A stretch of 63,866 nucleotides of DNA, counting the filler, from a bacterium (GTDB taxonomy: Bacteria; JBBIVP01), in assembly GCA_037439705.1 (NCBI GenBank). It is 6 parts of 6 records of this genome, joined end to end, with 100 filler letters (N's around TTAATTAATTAA, not from the genome) between each part and the next. Parts side by side here need not be neighbours in the genome. Positions count along the whole stretch, not along the records: positions 34,255 to 45,355 come from JBBIVP010000055.1; positions 45,456 to 56,532 come from JBBIVP010000056.1; 4 more parts are not named here. One strand, 5' to 3'. Of this stretch, positions 39,382-49,841 are shown one piece after another (the first letter of the stretch is position 1; each line of letters begins with the position of its first letter). The translations under genes were made by a program, and so were the position numbers. Under the pieces are notes generated by a model. That model ran no database searches, was not told the DNA's origin, and was given only the letters and a program-made list of their open reading frames with translations.

Positions 39382-41370
39382 ATGCTAAAAATAACGAAAA
39401 AACTTTTTATGAATGTTAGTGCAATTTTTCTTATTGGATGTGCTGGTGGTTCAGAGGTCTTTAAAATTGACGAGAAAGGGATGAGAATAATTCTTAAAGG
39501 AAATGAAATTTATATTAAATCCATCGGAGTTATGACTGATAAGGGATTTAGTGAATTAAAAAGTTTCAAACTCATTTCTCAGGGTGAAGATGAAAGTTTT
39601 GGAGAGGGCGAGGTTTTAAGAATATCAGGGAATGCAGACACCGGAATTCAGGAAGCAGAGTTTCATGTTGTTGAAAGGGAGAAGGTATTTTTCAAGGCTT
39701 CTTTTGAGCCGGAGGAGGGAACAGGGTTTGTGTATTTTCTGTTTTCCTTTTTCCTTCCCGGATGGGAAAAATCGGATGTTTTAATAAACGGAATGCAATC
39801 GTGGTCTCCATCATACATTACTTCCATCAAAAATGGAGACCTTAATGTTGAAGAGATGAAGAATTTTGATGAGTGGTATGACCTTATACTTTCAAATCCA
39901 GAACTGAGCTGGTGGTGGACAGGTTTAAGAAAAGGTGAGATTTCTTTTGTTTCAGGAGCAGTTACATTTGAGAGATTTAAGACCCGTTTTCACATTTCCT
40001 CAAAGAAAGAAGGAGCGGAGGTGGCGGTTTTAAATGGAAACATAAAGGAGAAAATGGATGGCAAAACCTTTTCCGAAGTTCTTTATTTTTCGTTTGACAG
40101 TGACCTTTTTCATGGATTAGAAAAATATGTGGAAGAGGTAAGAGTTTTTTATCCTCCATTGAAGGAACCCTTCAACCCAATCGGGTGGAATTCCTGGAAC
40201 ACATTTTTCAATAGGATAAAATTTGAAGATGTCCTTCGCAATATCTCCTTCATAAAAAATGAACTGCACGGTTTAAGGATAAACAACATACAGATTGACG
40301 ATGGATGGGAAAGGAGGTGGGGAGACTGGGAAGAGGGGAATCCATTATTTGGAGCATCAACGAAAGAATTTGCTTCAGCGGTTACTTCTGAGGGTTTCAT
40401 TCCCGGAATATGGCTTGCTCCATTTCTTGCAGAGGAAGAAACTCAGGTCTTCAAGGCGCATCCATCATGGTTCTATGAAACCTACAGGTTTCCTCCCGGT
40501 GGAAAGAAACTTCACATTCTTGACCTGACACATCCCTCCGCTGTGGAATGGCTCCTCAACACGATTAAAAGACTTCTTGATGAAAACTACAGGTATTTAA
40601 AACTTGATTTTCTGTTTGCAGGATTGATTGAAGGTGAAAGGTTTAACAAGAGCATCAGCACCCTTCAGGCATTCAGAGGGGTAATGGATGGAATAAGAAA
40701 ACTTGCTGAAGAGAAGAATGCCTATATTCTTGCCTGCGGTGCTCCCATACTTCCCATAGCAGGGCTTGTTCATGGAGCAAGGATTGGAGGAGACATTGCA
40801 TTTGATGGAGTTCCTTATACATGGAGATTTGTTTATAACGAGTTAAGAAACCTCTTTTTGAGGCTTCCGATGTCAGGACTTTTCAGATTTGACCCTGACA
40901 CATTATTAATGAGGGATATGACCATTGAAGAGGCAAAGGCATTTATTACTGGAATTCTCATATCCGGAGGAATTTTTGCCCTCGGAGACGACCTTCCGTC
41001 CTTAGAAAGGGAAAAAATTGAACTGCTCAAAAAACTTGAAAATTTTTCCATATTTCCAGTTGAACCGCAGAGAAAATTTTTTTCTGATGAGTTCAATCTG
41101 ATAAGGCAGTTTGTTCGGTTTCCATCACCAGTAATAGGAATTTATTCTTCATCTGATATGCTTCCTTCGCTCTGGTATTTTTCCGGCCCAGAAGGAAGGT
41201 ATATCGCGGTTTTTAACTGGACAGAAGAGGAGAAGGAAATGAAGGTTCCATCCCGAGAGATTTTTGGAATAGAACCTGAAAAGTTTACAGATGTATTCAC
41301 TGGAAAAAAAGGAAGTGAAAATTTAAAAATTCCATCTCATGGAGTAATTCTTATGGAGGAGGTGAAATGA
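39382..41370 (+). CDS. Alpha-galactosidase-like glycoside hydrolase (GH36/GH27 clan D), probable lipoprotein
   Basis: LIGC lipobox, GWNSW, QIDDGW, GIWLAPF, LDLTHP, YLKLDF, CGAP, RIGGD, DPD; start moved downstream of tRNA-Pro. Confidence 0.85.
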   Translation: MLKITKKLFMNVSAIFLIGCAGGSEVFKIDEKGMRIILKGNEIYIKSIGVMTDKGFSELKSFKLISQGEDESFGEGEVLRISGNADTGIQEAEFHVVEREKVFFKASFEPEEGTGFVYFLFSFFLPGWEKSDVLINGMQSWSPSYITSIKNGDLNVEEMKNFDEWYDLILSNPELSWWWTGLRKGEISFVSGAVTFERFKTRFHISSKKEGAEVAVLNGNIKEKMDGKTFSEVLYFSFDSDLFHGLEKYVEEVRVFYPPLKEPFNPIGWNSWNTFFNRIKFEDVLRNISFIKNELHGLRINNIQIDDGWERRWGDWEEGNPLFGASTKEFASAVTSEGFIPGIWLAPFLAEEETQVFKAHPSWFYETYRFPPGGKKLHILDLTHPSAVEWLLNTIKRLLDENYRYLKLDFLFAGLIEGERFNKSISTLQAFRGVMDGIRKLAEEKNAYILACGAPILPIAGLVHGARIGGDIAFDGVPYTWRFVYNELRNLFLRLPMSGLFRFDPDTLLMRDMTIEEAKAFITGILISGGIFALGDDLPSLEREKIELLKKLENFSIFPVEPQRKFFSDEFNLIRQFVRFPSPVIGIYSSSDMLPSLWYFSGPEGRYIAVFNWTEEEKEMKVPSREIFGIEPEKFTDVFTGKKGSENLKIPSHGVILMEEVK

Positions 41371-41951
41371 AAGTAAAACTGAACGAAAAGGATGCACTAA
41401 TTATTGTTGATGTCCAAAAAGATTTCTGTCCCGGAGGAGCACTTCCAGTTCCTGATGGAGATAAGGTCGTTCCTGTTCTTAACAGATACATTGAGATTTT
41501 TTCTTCAAGGGGTCTTCCGGTTTTTGCAACAAGGGACTGGCATCCTTCAAATCATTCTTCTTTTAAGGAGTACGGCGGACAGTGGCCACCTCATTGCATA
41601 AAAAATACTCCGGGCGCAGAATTCCATCCTGACCTGAAACTTCCTGAAAGAGTAAAGATAATTTCCAAGGCGGTAAGTAGATTCAAGGAAGCTTACTCAG
41701 GGTTTGAGGGAACAAAATTGAAGAATCACCTTAAGAGGCTGAAGAGAAGGAGACTCTTCATCGGTGGACTTGCAACGGATTATTGTGTAAAAAATACCGT
41801 CCTTGATGCCCTAAAATTCGGATATATTGTTTTTTTACTTCTTGATGGTTCAAAGGGTGTGGATGTAAATAAGGGAGATAGCGAGAGAGCAATAGAGGAA
41901 ATGCTTTCAAAGGGTGCTATCGGAATTGAAATAAGTGACTTGTTGCCATAA
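41367..41951 (+). CDS. pncA: Nicotinamidase/pyrazinamidase
   Basis: VDVQKDFCPGGAL, TRDWHP, WPPHC, YSGF, GLATDYCV. Confidence 0.93.
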   Translation: MKVKLNEKDALIIVDVQKDFCPGGALPVPDGDKVVPVLNRYIEIFSSRGLPVFATRDWHPSNHSSFKEYGGQWPPHCIKNTPGAEFHPDLKLPERVKIISKAVSRFKEAYSGFEGTKLKNHLKRLKRRRLFIGGLATDYCVKNTVLDALKFGYIVFLLLDGSKGVDVNKGDSERAIEEMLSKGAIGIEISDLLP

Positions 41952-42079
41952 ATCCTTCTACCGCATTTCGGGTGTTTTCGGAAAAGAGTATCTGAGTTTT
42001 CTTTTTTGTTGTGCCCTCTCCTGTGTATTACTCAAAAAATTATTTGAATTTAATGACGGAAAAATGTTAAAATGTATTT

Positions 42080-43090
42080 ATGAAGAAGGGTAAGAAAATC
42101 AATGGTGTGAGGGAATCTTCAGAGAAGTACACTGTCCTTTCAGATGAGGATATAATTCGTATAGTTGAGGAGAGACTTCCATCCATATTGAAGAAGAATC
42201 CTTCTTTAAAGAAAAGGTTAAAGGAGATGTTGGAGGACATATTTGTAACCAAGGAAGAGATAAAGGTTGTTCTTGAGGAGATAAAGAACCTTCGTATAGA
42301 TATGAACAGGAGGTTTGAGGCGGTAGATAGAAGGTTTGAAGCAATAGATAGAAGGTTTGAGGTGGTGTTTGAGGAACTTAAACAGATAAGAAAGGATATG
42401 GATGAAAGGTTTATAGCGATGCAGAAGCAGATAGATGAGAGGTTCGAGGCGATGCAGAAGCAGATGGATGAAAGGTTTGCCAACATTCAGAAGCAGATGG
42501 ATGAAAGGTTTGCCAACATTCAGAAGCAGATGGATGAGAGATTTGAGGCTATGCAGAAGCAGATGGACGAAAGGTTTGAGGCTATGCAAAAGCAGATGGA
42601 TGAGAGGTTTAAAGCAATGGACGAGAGGTTCATCGCTCTACTAAAAGAAATGGATGAGAGGTTTAAAGAGACAGTTAAAACCCTCTCCTCAAAAATAGAC
42701 CGCCTTGGCTCAAGGTGGGGGGTTATGGCTGAAGACACATTGAGGAAGGGTTTTGAGGAGATTCTTTCTGATATGGGTTTTACCGTGATGAAGTGGAAAA
42801 AGTATGATAAAAATGGAGAAGTATTTTTAAGCCCCAGGGATGCGGAGGTGGACATTCTCATAAAGGATGGCAAAACCTACGCTATTGAGGTTAAATCATC
42901 TCTGACAGCAGGAGAGGTTGACACATTTATAAGGTCTGTGGCATTTTATGAGAAATCAGAGGGGAAAAAGGTTGATGAGAAAATTATAGTTACTGTTTAT
43001 CCATATCCAGGGGTTGAAAAATATGCTCAATCCCTTGGCATCAAAATTCTTTCTCAGGTGGAGGATATAGGGAAGGAAGTTGAGCGGTAA
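42080..43090 (+). CDS. Coiled-coil repeat protein with C-terminal PD-(D/E)XK nuclease domain (DUF3782-like)
   Basis: Heptad and hendecad repeats, then LGSRWG..AE..LRKG, EVDILI, AIEVKSS. Confidence 0.85.
   Translation: MKKGKKINGVRESSEKYTVLSDEDIIRIVEERLPSILKKNPSLKKRLKEMLEDIFVTKEEIKVVLEEIKNLRIDMNRRFEAVDRRFEAIDRRFEVVFEELKQIRKDMDERFIAMQKQIDERFEAMQKQMDERFANIQKQMDERFANIQKQMDERFEAMQKQMDERFEAMQKQMDERFKAMDERFIALLKEMDERFKETVKTLSSKIDRLGSRWGVMAEDTLRKGFEEILSDMGFTVMKWKKYDKNGEVFLSPRDAEVDILIKDGKTYAIEVKSSLTAGEVDTFIRSVAFYEKSEGKKVDEKIIVTVYPYPGVEKYAQSLGIKILSQVEDIGKEVER
42422..42619 (+). repeat. Six 33-bp in-frame tandem repeats (QKQMDERFEAM/ANI), flanked by degenerate units and 21-bp RRFEAxD repeats
   Basis: Units start at 42422, 42455, 42488, 42521, 42554 and 42587; the units at 42455 and 42488 are identical. 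Confidence 0.95.
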
Positions 43091-43113
43091 AAATTACTCC
43101 ATTGCAGTTTATC

Positions 43114-43662
43114 CTAAAACCCTATCTTCCACCTTATTCCATATGTCCATGTGAAGATGGTGCCACTCGGGGTGAGGTGTGATGTCATATCCGTTCCAAC
43201 CCCAATGTTACCAGTAATCCAGTATGTAAGACCGCTTCCCCACACCCAGTCAAAATCAACATTTGTATTCCCATTTCCACCGATTGTTATTCCCCATCCC
43301 ATTCTTAAATAGGGCTGAAGCCTCGAAAATGTGTTTGGAATGAATGTGTATTTTATGTTCACAAAATCAATAGCAATTCCCCACAAATCGTGTTCCATTA
43401 CGGGTATAGCTACGAAGTTAAATCCAAAAGATAATCCTTTGATAATATAATACTCAGCATAAAGGTCAGGGATTACTAATCCAGCAGGTTCAATAAGAGA
43501 TACTCCAAATCCACCATTCAACTGGAAAGCATTTTCAACGAGTTCATAATCACCTTTCTTTAATACCTTCTTTACTTGTCCCGGTGGCACTTGCTTGGGT
43601 TCAGCAAAAGATGTTCCCGCCATCATCAGCATTCCGACCACCCCGCACAGAAACTTTTTCAT
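43114..43662 (-). CDS. Small outer-membrane beta-barrel protein
   Basis: Signal peptide, alternating beta pattern, QPYLRMGWG, C-terminal GIRWKIGF; SD GGAGG. Confidence 0.7.
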   Translation of the reverse strand: MKKFLCGVVGMLMMAGTSFAEPKQVPPGQVKKVLKKGDYELVENAFQLNGGFGVSLIEPAGLVIPDLYAEYYIIKGLSFGFNFVAIPVMEHDLWGIAIDFVNIKYTFIPNTFSRLQPYLRMGWGITIGGNGNTNVDFDWVWGSGLTYWITGNIGVGTDMTSHLTPSGTIFTWTYGIRWKIGF

Positions 43663-43726
43663 AATTCACCTCCTTTTTTAAAAATTTACAGATAAAAAAA
43701 TAAAATGTCAAGCAAATGTATAAATT

Positions 43727-44914
43727 TTAATTTTTTATAACCTCCACCTTTTTTATGCACCTTCCATCTTCCTCAAGGATTTTTATTTTTAAGCCCTTAT
43801 AATGGAAAATTTCGCCTTTTGCAGGTATCCTTCCAAGCATTCCCATTATAAAACCAGAAACTGTTGTCCATTCACCCTCTTCTATATCAAGCCCGAATTC
43901 CTCGTTAAGTTTATCTATTCTTACATCCCCTCTTATTATAAATCTATTTTTTTCATGAACTTCAACCCATACTTCTTCCTTTACATGCTCATCTCCTAAA
44001 CCTCCAATGAGTTCACTCCAGAAGTCCTTAAGGGTGATTATTCCTGTGCATCCACCGAATTCATCAACCGCAACCATCATTTCCTCCCTTTTTTTTGCAT
44101 AAAGGCTCAGGATGCTCATGAGAGGTGCGTTCTCCGGAATGTAAAGAGGACGCTTCATCACACTTATGCCTGGAACACCATCATCTTTTCTCAAATAATC
44201 GTATATACTTATTATTCCTATTATGTTGTCAATCCTTCCCTCATAAACTGGATATCTTGTATAACCGAATTTTTTGAAGAGTTCAACAATTCCCTCATCA
44301 ATTCTGCTTTTTTCTATCAGTGCCACCTTAGATATTGGAATCATCACATCCTCAACCCTTTCTGTTTTTATTTCCATTATTGTCTTGAGTCCTTCCTTCT
44401 CAAATGGATTTAGTTTGAAGAATCTGGATGTTTCTATGAGGCTTGCCATCTCTTCCCTCGTGTGAGGTGTCTTCAAATCCTTCAGGTCAAAAACCCTTTC
44501 AAAAAAATTTCTCAATTTAGATACCGCAAAGGCGATGGGATAAAACGCATACGAAATTGTCCATATAACCGGAAGAACGATAGGGGTTAAAGTTTTTGCC
44601 TTTCCCTTTCCAAGAAATTTCGGACCCACTTCTCCAAAGAAAAATATGAGAGGAACGAGGAAAATTCCAGCGAGAATATCAGGTATCGGTGCTCCGAGTT
44701 TTATGAAGAATGTGGAAAAGAAGATGGCTGAAAGGTTCATGAAGAGATTTGTTCCTATGAGGGTTGTAGTAAGAATCCTTTCGGGGATTGAGATGTTAGA
44801 AAGGTTTTTCAGGCTGTATTTTGGTGTGGAGATGAAGCTCATTTCAGTAGAAGAAAAAAATCCCTCTAAGGTAATGAAAAATAGGGCAAGAATTATGTAA
44901 AAACTATTCTCCAA
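43727..44914 (-). CDS. Hemolysin/CNNM family (DUF21-CBS-CorC) protein
   Basis: EGFFSSTEMS, LIGTN, FGEV.PK, YTRYPVY, VDEFGG..GIIT, CorC domain. Confidence 0.9.
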   Translation of the reverse strand: MENSFYIILALFFITLEGFFSSTEMSFISTPKYSLKNLSNISIPERILTTTLIGTNLFMNLSAIFFSTFFIKLGAPIPDILAGIFLVPLIFFFGEVGPKFLGKGKAKTLTPIVLPVIWTISYAFYPIAFAVSKLRNFFERVFDLKDLKTPHTREEMASLIETSRFFKLNPFEKEGLKTIMEIKTERVEDVMIPISKVALIEKSRIDEGIVELFKKFGYTRYPVYEGRIDNIIGIISIYDYLRKDDGVPGISVMKRPLYIPENAPLMSILSLYAKKREEMMVAVDEFGGCTGIITLKDFWSELIGGLGDEHVKEEVWVEVHEKNRFIIRGDVRIDKLNEEFGLDIEEGEWTTVSGFIMGMLGRIPAKGEIFHYKGLKIKILEEDGRCIKKVEVIKN

Positions 44915-45355
44915 CTATCTCTACCTCCAGAAGTTTCAAACTTCTCTCTTCCACTTCCAGTGCTTTCATTTTTATTTTTCCAACTTCTATTTCGTCTCCC
45001 TTTTGTGGAATCCTTCCGAGTTTTTCTATGAAATAACTTCCTGCTGTCGTCCAGAAACCATCCTGAGGAGGGAGGGAAAGCTCTTCAACAAATTCATCAA
45101 AGGGCATCATTGCATCCACTATGAACTTTCTGTCTTCAATTTTTTTAATTGGAGGTTCCTGTATCTTTGCACCTATAAGAAAACCTCTCAAAAGGTCACG
45201 AGCTGTGACCGCTCCTGTAGTATTACCGTATTCGTCAACAACCATTGCAAAATTTATGTTCTTCAGCCTGAATTCCCTGAAAAGGGAGATGAGACTTTTG
45301 TTCTCGGGCACATAATATGGTTTTCGTGTAAGCGCTGTCCAGTCAAAGTTTTCCA
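44904..45355 (-). CDS. Second hemolysin/CNNM-family protein, CBS-CorC C-terminal part (contig end)
   Basis: AMVVDEYGNTTG, TTAGSY..LGRIP..GD. Confidence 0.8.
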
Positions 45356-45455
45356 NNNNNNNNNNNNNNNNNNNNNNNNNNNNNNNNNNNNNNNNNNNNT
45401 TAATTAATTAANNNNNNNNNNNNNNNNNNNNNNNNNNNNNNNNNNNNNNNNNNNN
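45356..45455. other. Artificial contig spacer
   Basis: N44-TTAATTAATTAA-N44. Confidence 0.99.
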
Positions 45456-45594
45456 CATCTGAACCTCCTTCCACTTTTTTGTGATAACCTTTTCCTCATT
45501 TTACATATATTAACATTCTAATTTTCATATTTCAAGCACATTTTAATTTCCAGATGGACTTGAATAAAGGGATAAGGTGAAAGAAAATATTCTA

Positions 45595-46482
45595 ATGGAA
45601 GAGAGGGCACGAAAAATTTTAAGATATGCATTTTTTATTACCTTATTTTTCTTTTTCGTGGAGCTTATTGGGGGATATATATCAAAAAGCCTCGCATTGA
45701 TAACCGATTCATTCCATATGCTCCTTGATGTTTCAGCAATAGGAATAGCTTATTTTGCAACAAAACTTGCTGGAAGAAAGAGGAATCTCATGAAGACTTT
45801 TGGATACCACAGGTTTGAAATAATTTCCGCTCTTTTCAATGGTTTAATGCTTCTTGGAATAAGTTTTTTCATGCTCAGCAGGGCATACGGAAGGATTCTC
45901 AATTCACAAAAAGTATTAACTGATATTATGATACCTATTGCTTTTTTGGGACTTATGGTGAACATTATAGTGGGATTGATTCTCTATAAAGGTAAAAAGG
46001 AAAACCTGAACATAAAGGGCGCTTATCTTCATGTCCTTGGAGATACACTTTCAAGCACAGGAGTAGTTGCAGGTGGTATTTTGATGGGATTAACCGGATT
46101 TTATTTGATTGACCCCATCATAAGTATTTTTGTGGCATTTTTAATCCTGATAGAAACTCTGCATTTTATTAAGGAGCCTATTGAAATACTGACCGAGAGT
46201 GCTCCGAAGGAGATTGATGTGAAAAAGTTGATAGATTCTCTACAGAGCATTCCCGGTGTGAAAAAAATCCACGACTTTCATATATGGTCTATTAAAACAG
46301 GAGCGGTTAATGTGACCTCTCATCTTCTTGTGGAGGAGAATGTAAATCCAAGTGAAATTCTTGCTTCCGCTTCAAAAGTTTTAAGGGAAAAGTTCAACAT
46401 AACCCATTTTACATTTCAAATTGAAAGTGAGCTTAACAAAGGATGTTGCCATTGTGAGGAAATAAGTTCAGAATCTCACTGA
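45595..46482 (+). CDS. czcD: Cation diffusion facilitator (Zn/Cd/Co, CzcD/ZitB-like)
   Basis: SLALITDSFHMLLD, TFGYHRFE, NIKGAYLHVLGD, HDFHIWS, HFTFQIE. Confidence 0.92.
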   Translation: MEERARKILRYAFFITLFFFFVELIGGYISKSLALITDSFHMLLDVSAIGIAYFATKLAGRKRNLMKTFGYHRFEIISALFNGLMLLGISFFMLSRAYGRILNSQKVLTDIMIPIAFLGLMVNIIVGLILYKGKKENLNIKGAYLHVLGDTLSSTGVVAGGILMGLTGFYLIDPIISIFVAFLILIETLHFIKEPIEILTESAPKEIDVKKLIDSLQSIPGVKKIHDFHIWSIKTGAVNVTSHLLVEENVNPSEILASASKVLREKFNITHFTFQIESELNKGCCHCEEISSESH

Positions 46483-47975
46483 AATTCTCTGAGAATTTCC
46501 TGAGAGAGGCGAGACGCTATAGCCATTATGGTGAGCATCGGATTTACTCCAAGAGCGGACGGAAAGATAGAAGCATCAACGACATACAGCCCTTTTACTC
46601 CATGAACCCTTCCTGATGGGTCAACGGCAGAAATCTCAGGAGAAATCCCCATTCTCAGAGTTCCCATTGGATGATTGCCTTCCATCTCAATGTCCACTAT
46701 TTTTGCGTTTCTCAAAAATTCTTTAAATTTTTCAATCTCGCTGAAAAACGGAGCACCCGTGAAAAGGGGTTTCACCATTTCTGCACCGGCGGAAAACATA
46801 ATTTTTGCAGTTTCTTCCATCGCCTTTATCAACCGTTTAAAAGCATCTTCTCTCAGGTGGTATATTATAACAGGTTCAGTTCCTTCGCCCGGTTTCACAT
46901 ACCCCGAGGGAAGGTCGTAGACCATGGCACCTGCTAAACCTATTCTGTTTATGGCCCTCAAATATTTTTCGTTTTCCTTTCTGAAACCGGAAATTGAAGC
47001 AAAAATTATAGCCGGGTCTACTGCGGAGGTTTCGAGAAGAATTCCTTCATTGATGAACTCATCAGAGTAATATCCCTGCGGGATTCCTTCCCATATTTTG
47101 ACTTCTTCTTTGAAAATGGCAAGCACTCCACTTGCTGGATGAACGGTGAGATTTTTTCCTATTGCCTTTGATGTTTTTATGCGGTTTTTCAAAAGTAGAA
47201 TTGGTGAAATCAATGTTCCGGCAGCAAGAACCGTGACTTTTGCTCTTACCTCAAAAGTTCCTGTTTCTTCATCGTTCATGGAAAGTATCTTTCCCTTTAC
47301 TCCTTTTATTCTGTCTTTTTCAATGATAAATTCTTCAGCCCTCATAAGCGGGAAAATTTTGGCTCCCATTTCTGATGCCTCAGGAATATATGTAAGGTCT
47401 GTGCTCAACTTTGCACCTATTGGGCATCCGAATATACAAACTCCACATCCCTGACAGTCAGGAGCATTTCTCAATATTGGTCCGCCTCTCCATCCAAGTC
47501 TTTCAATTCCCTTTTTGAACAGATAGTTGTTATTTCCTGCAACTGACATATCCACTGGAGTAACTTTTATTTCCTTTTCTACCATTTACACAAGATGATA
47601 TATGGATTCAGGAGAAAGGGTGGGGATGAGAAAATCCCTTGACCATTTTACGAGCATACCCTGGGGAGGACGAACACAGATGGCGGAATTTATAGTGGTG
47701 GTCCCTCCGATACATTTACCTGTAAGAATAGGAAAAAATGGCTTTCCCTGAGCAAACTGCATTCCAGTGTTTCTGTAAAGTATTTTGAATGCGGTTAACG
47801 GGTCATCAGAAAACTCATGAGGTTGAAGATAAGGACCTTCTTCAATAACTATTACCTTTAACCCCGCGGACTGGAGCCTTTTAGCACATACCCCTCCTCC
47901 TGCCCCTGAACCTATTATGCATACATCACCTTCTATCTCAATTCTTTTTTCATTATATGGAGTTTTGTAGATCAT
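46476..47975 (-). pseudogene. GMC-family FAD oxidoreductase interrupted by an in-frame TAA at 47586-47588
   Basis: N-part has IIGSGAGG, EEG and GGTTTINS; C-part has CQGCGVC..GC, GKNLTVHP, HPMGT, VVDAS and GVNPMLT; both parts are in the same frame (HLV*MVEKEI). Confidence 0.8.
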
Positions 47976-47976
47976 T

Positions 47977-48459
47977 TTATTCCTCCCAGATAGTCCTCCC
48001 GTAAGAACCGCAGGGATATGCAAAAGCTATTTCCTTTTTTACTTCAGGAAGTGAACCATATACAAGGCATATAATTTGCTTAATTCCTTTAAAAACAATT
48101 CTTTTTAGAAAGATACTGCTTTCTTCCCATCCAAGAAGATATTTTCTTCTTTCCTCAATATCAAGGTCAGAAAGCCTTTTAAAATGGAAACTGAAATACT
48201 TTGGCATATATTCAATAATTGTAAGTCCTGTCTTCATTAAAAAAGATTCCCTTTGAGGCATAATTTTGAGCGTCTTATCCATCCTTTTCAAAAATTCTGT
48301 TTTCTTTAAATCCACATTAAATGGTTTTCCTTCTGGAAACAGGGCTCCTGTTATGGCAAAAGCCGAGAGAAGATATGCTGGAATTTCGTGCTCAGTATGC
48401 TTTGCACAACTGAAGGTGGGGAGTAGAAAAGAAATTTTGAGGAACTCTCTTCTCTTCAT
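47977..48459 (-). CDS. Tat-signal protein, gluconate 2-dehydrogenase subunit 3-like partner of the GMC enzyme
   Basis: MKRREFLK twin-arginine motif plus FSC lipobox; RLSDL..EER..YL..W..S; directly upstream of the GMC gene. Confidence 0.7.
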   Translation of the reverse strand: MKRREFLKISFLLPTFSCAKHTEHEIPAYLLSAFAITGALFPEGKPFNVDLKKTEFLKRMDKTLKIMPQRESFLMKTGLTIIEYMPKYFSFHFKRLSDLDIEERRKYLLGWEESSIFLKRIVFKGIKQIICLVYGSLPEVKKEIAFAYPCGSYGRTIWEE

Positions 48460-48514
48460 AAGTTCAATTGTATTTTACAAAAAACTCTTTTCAATTATAA
48501 TTAAAAAGTCCGGA

Positions 48515-49660
48515 GTGAAGATAAGAAGGCTGATAGAAGATTTCATCGTTCACGAGCACATAAAAAATTCCCCTATTACAAAAAATGGTGGATATACACT
48601 TTTAAAGGTTACAAAAATGGATATGACTACAAGGGATATGATACGGATATTATCAAAGAAGATTGGGATTTCTGTAAGGGACATAAGCTGGGCGGGTCAA
48701 AAAGACAGACACGCTCTCACCTCGCAGTTCATCACAGTCAAAGGGGAAACTCCTCCGTTGATAGTGGAGAAAAAGTTCAGGTGCGAAAGGGTAGGAAGGT
48801 CAAACCGGCATATCACGCCTTCTGATTTGTCCTTTAATACTTTTGAAATTACGATAAGGGATATGAAAGAGGATGAGGCTTATGGAATTCCATCTACTAT
48901 AGAAAAAATAAGGAAAATAGGTTTTCCCAATTATTATGACACACAGAGATTCTGGTCCTCCCTTTCAGGAGAGTTTTTTGCAGAATGTCTTCTCAAAGGA
49001 AACTTTAAAGATGCATTAAAGCTTTATTTTCTTTCTTCTTTGAAGCCCGATAAAAAACTTTTAAAAAGCCTGAAAAAAAAGGAGATAGAAATTGAAGAGA
49101 TTAAAAACAGGGTAAATGGAGGTGCGAAAAAAGTTTTGAAAATTTTTATGAAAACGGATTCACCTTTAAAGGCATTGAGGAGTATAGAAAAGGAAGAACT
49201 GACATTTCTGGTAAATGTATATCAGGCATTTCTTTTTAACGAAATTGTTTCCAGATTTATAAAAAGAAATATAAAGGATTATGTTGAAATCAGATACTCT
49301 ATGGGATTTTTACCATTTAACCGAGAAAAATTTCCTGACTGGATAGCACCTGATAAAAAAATTCCTGTTCCCGGGAGAAAACCATTTTTTGATGATGAGG
49401 AATTCAAAGAAATCTATGAAGAAATAAAAAGGGAAAGGGGAATAAAAGACAGTTATTTCAACAGGCGGGAAATATACTTCGTAAAGTTCAAGACATTTAG
49501 AAGGAATCTTCTTGTTTTTCCTTCTGATATTTCCATTGGAAAAGTAGAAGAAGACCCTCTTTATCCGGGAAAATTTACAAGAAAAATTGCCTTCAGCCTT
49601 CCACCGGGTTCTTATGCCACCATTTTTATAAAATCAATAATAGCGAATCTTCCGTGTTAA
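48515..49660 (+). CDS. truD: tRNA pseudouridine(13) synthase TruD
   Basis: EDFIVHE, AGQKDRHALTSQ, NTFEI, FPNYYDTQRF, YQAFLFN, FSLPPGSYAT. Confidence 0.92.
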   Translation: MKIRRLIEDFIVHEHIKNSPITKNGGYTLLKVTKMDMTTRDMIRILSKKIGISVRDISWAGQKDRHALTSQFITVKGETPPLIVEKKFRCERVGRSNRHITPSDLSFNTFEITIRDMKEDEAYGIPSTIEKIRKIGFPNYYDTQRFWSSLSGEFFAECLLKGNFKDALKLYFLSSLKPDKKLLKSLKKKEIEIEEIKNRVNGGAKKVLKIFMKTDSPLKALRSIEKEELTFLVNVYQAFLFNEIVSRFIKRNIKDYVEIRYSMGFLPFNREKFPDWIAPDKKIPVPGRKPFFDDEEFKEIYEEIKRERGIKDSYFNRREIYFVKFKTFRRNLLVFPSDISIGKVEEDPLYPGKFTRKIAFSLPPGSYATIFIKSIIANLPC

Positions 49661-49712
49661 AGTTTTAAGGCAAATTGAATTAAAAAGAAGATTTTATACA
49701 ATAAATTAAGAT

Positions 49713-49797
49713 GCCGAAGTGGCGGAATTTGGTAGACGCGCTGGATTCAGGGTCCAGTACCCGCAAGGGTGTGGGGGTTCAACTCCCCCCTTCGGCA
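49713..49797 (+). tRNA. tRNA-Leu (CAG), no encoded CCA
   Basis: GCCGAAG/CTTCGGC-A, CTGGA-TTCAGGG-TCCAG, variable arm ACCC-GCAA-GGGT. Confidence 0.96.
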
Positions 49798-49841
49798 GAG
49801 GGATGTTATCTGATTTTATAAAAACTTCTCCGAGGAAATAA

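Noticed and set aside
42300..42670. Regular ~33-bp repeats as a possible CRISPR array
   Set aside because: Head-to-tail with no unique spacers, in frame within a CDS, variation mostly synonymous; no cas genes seen
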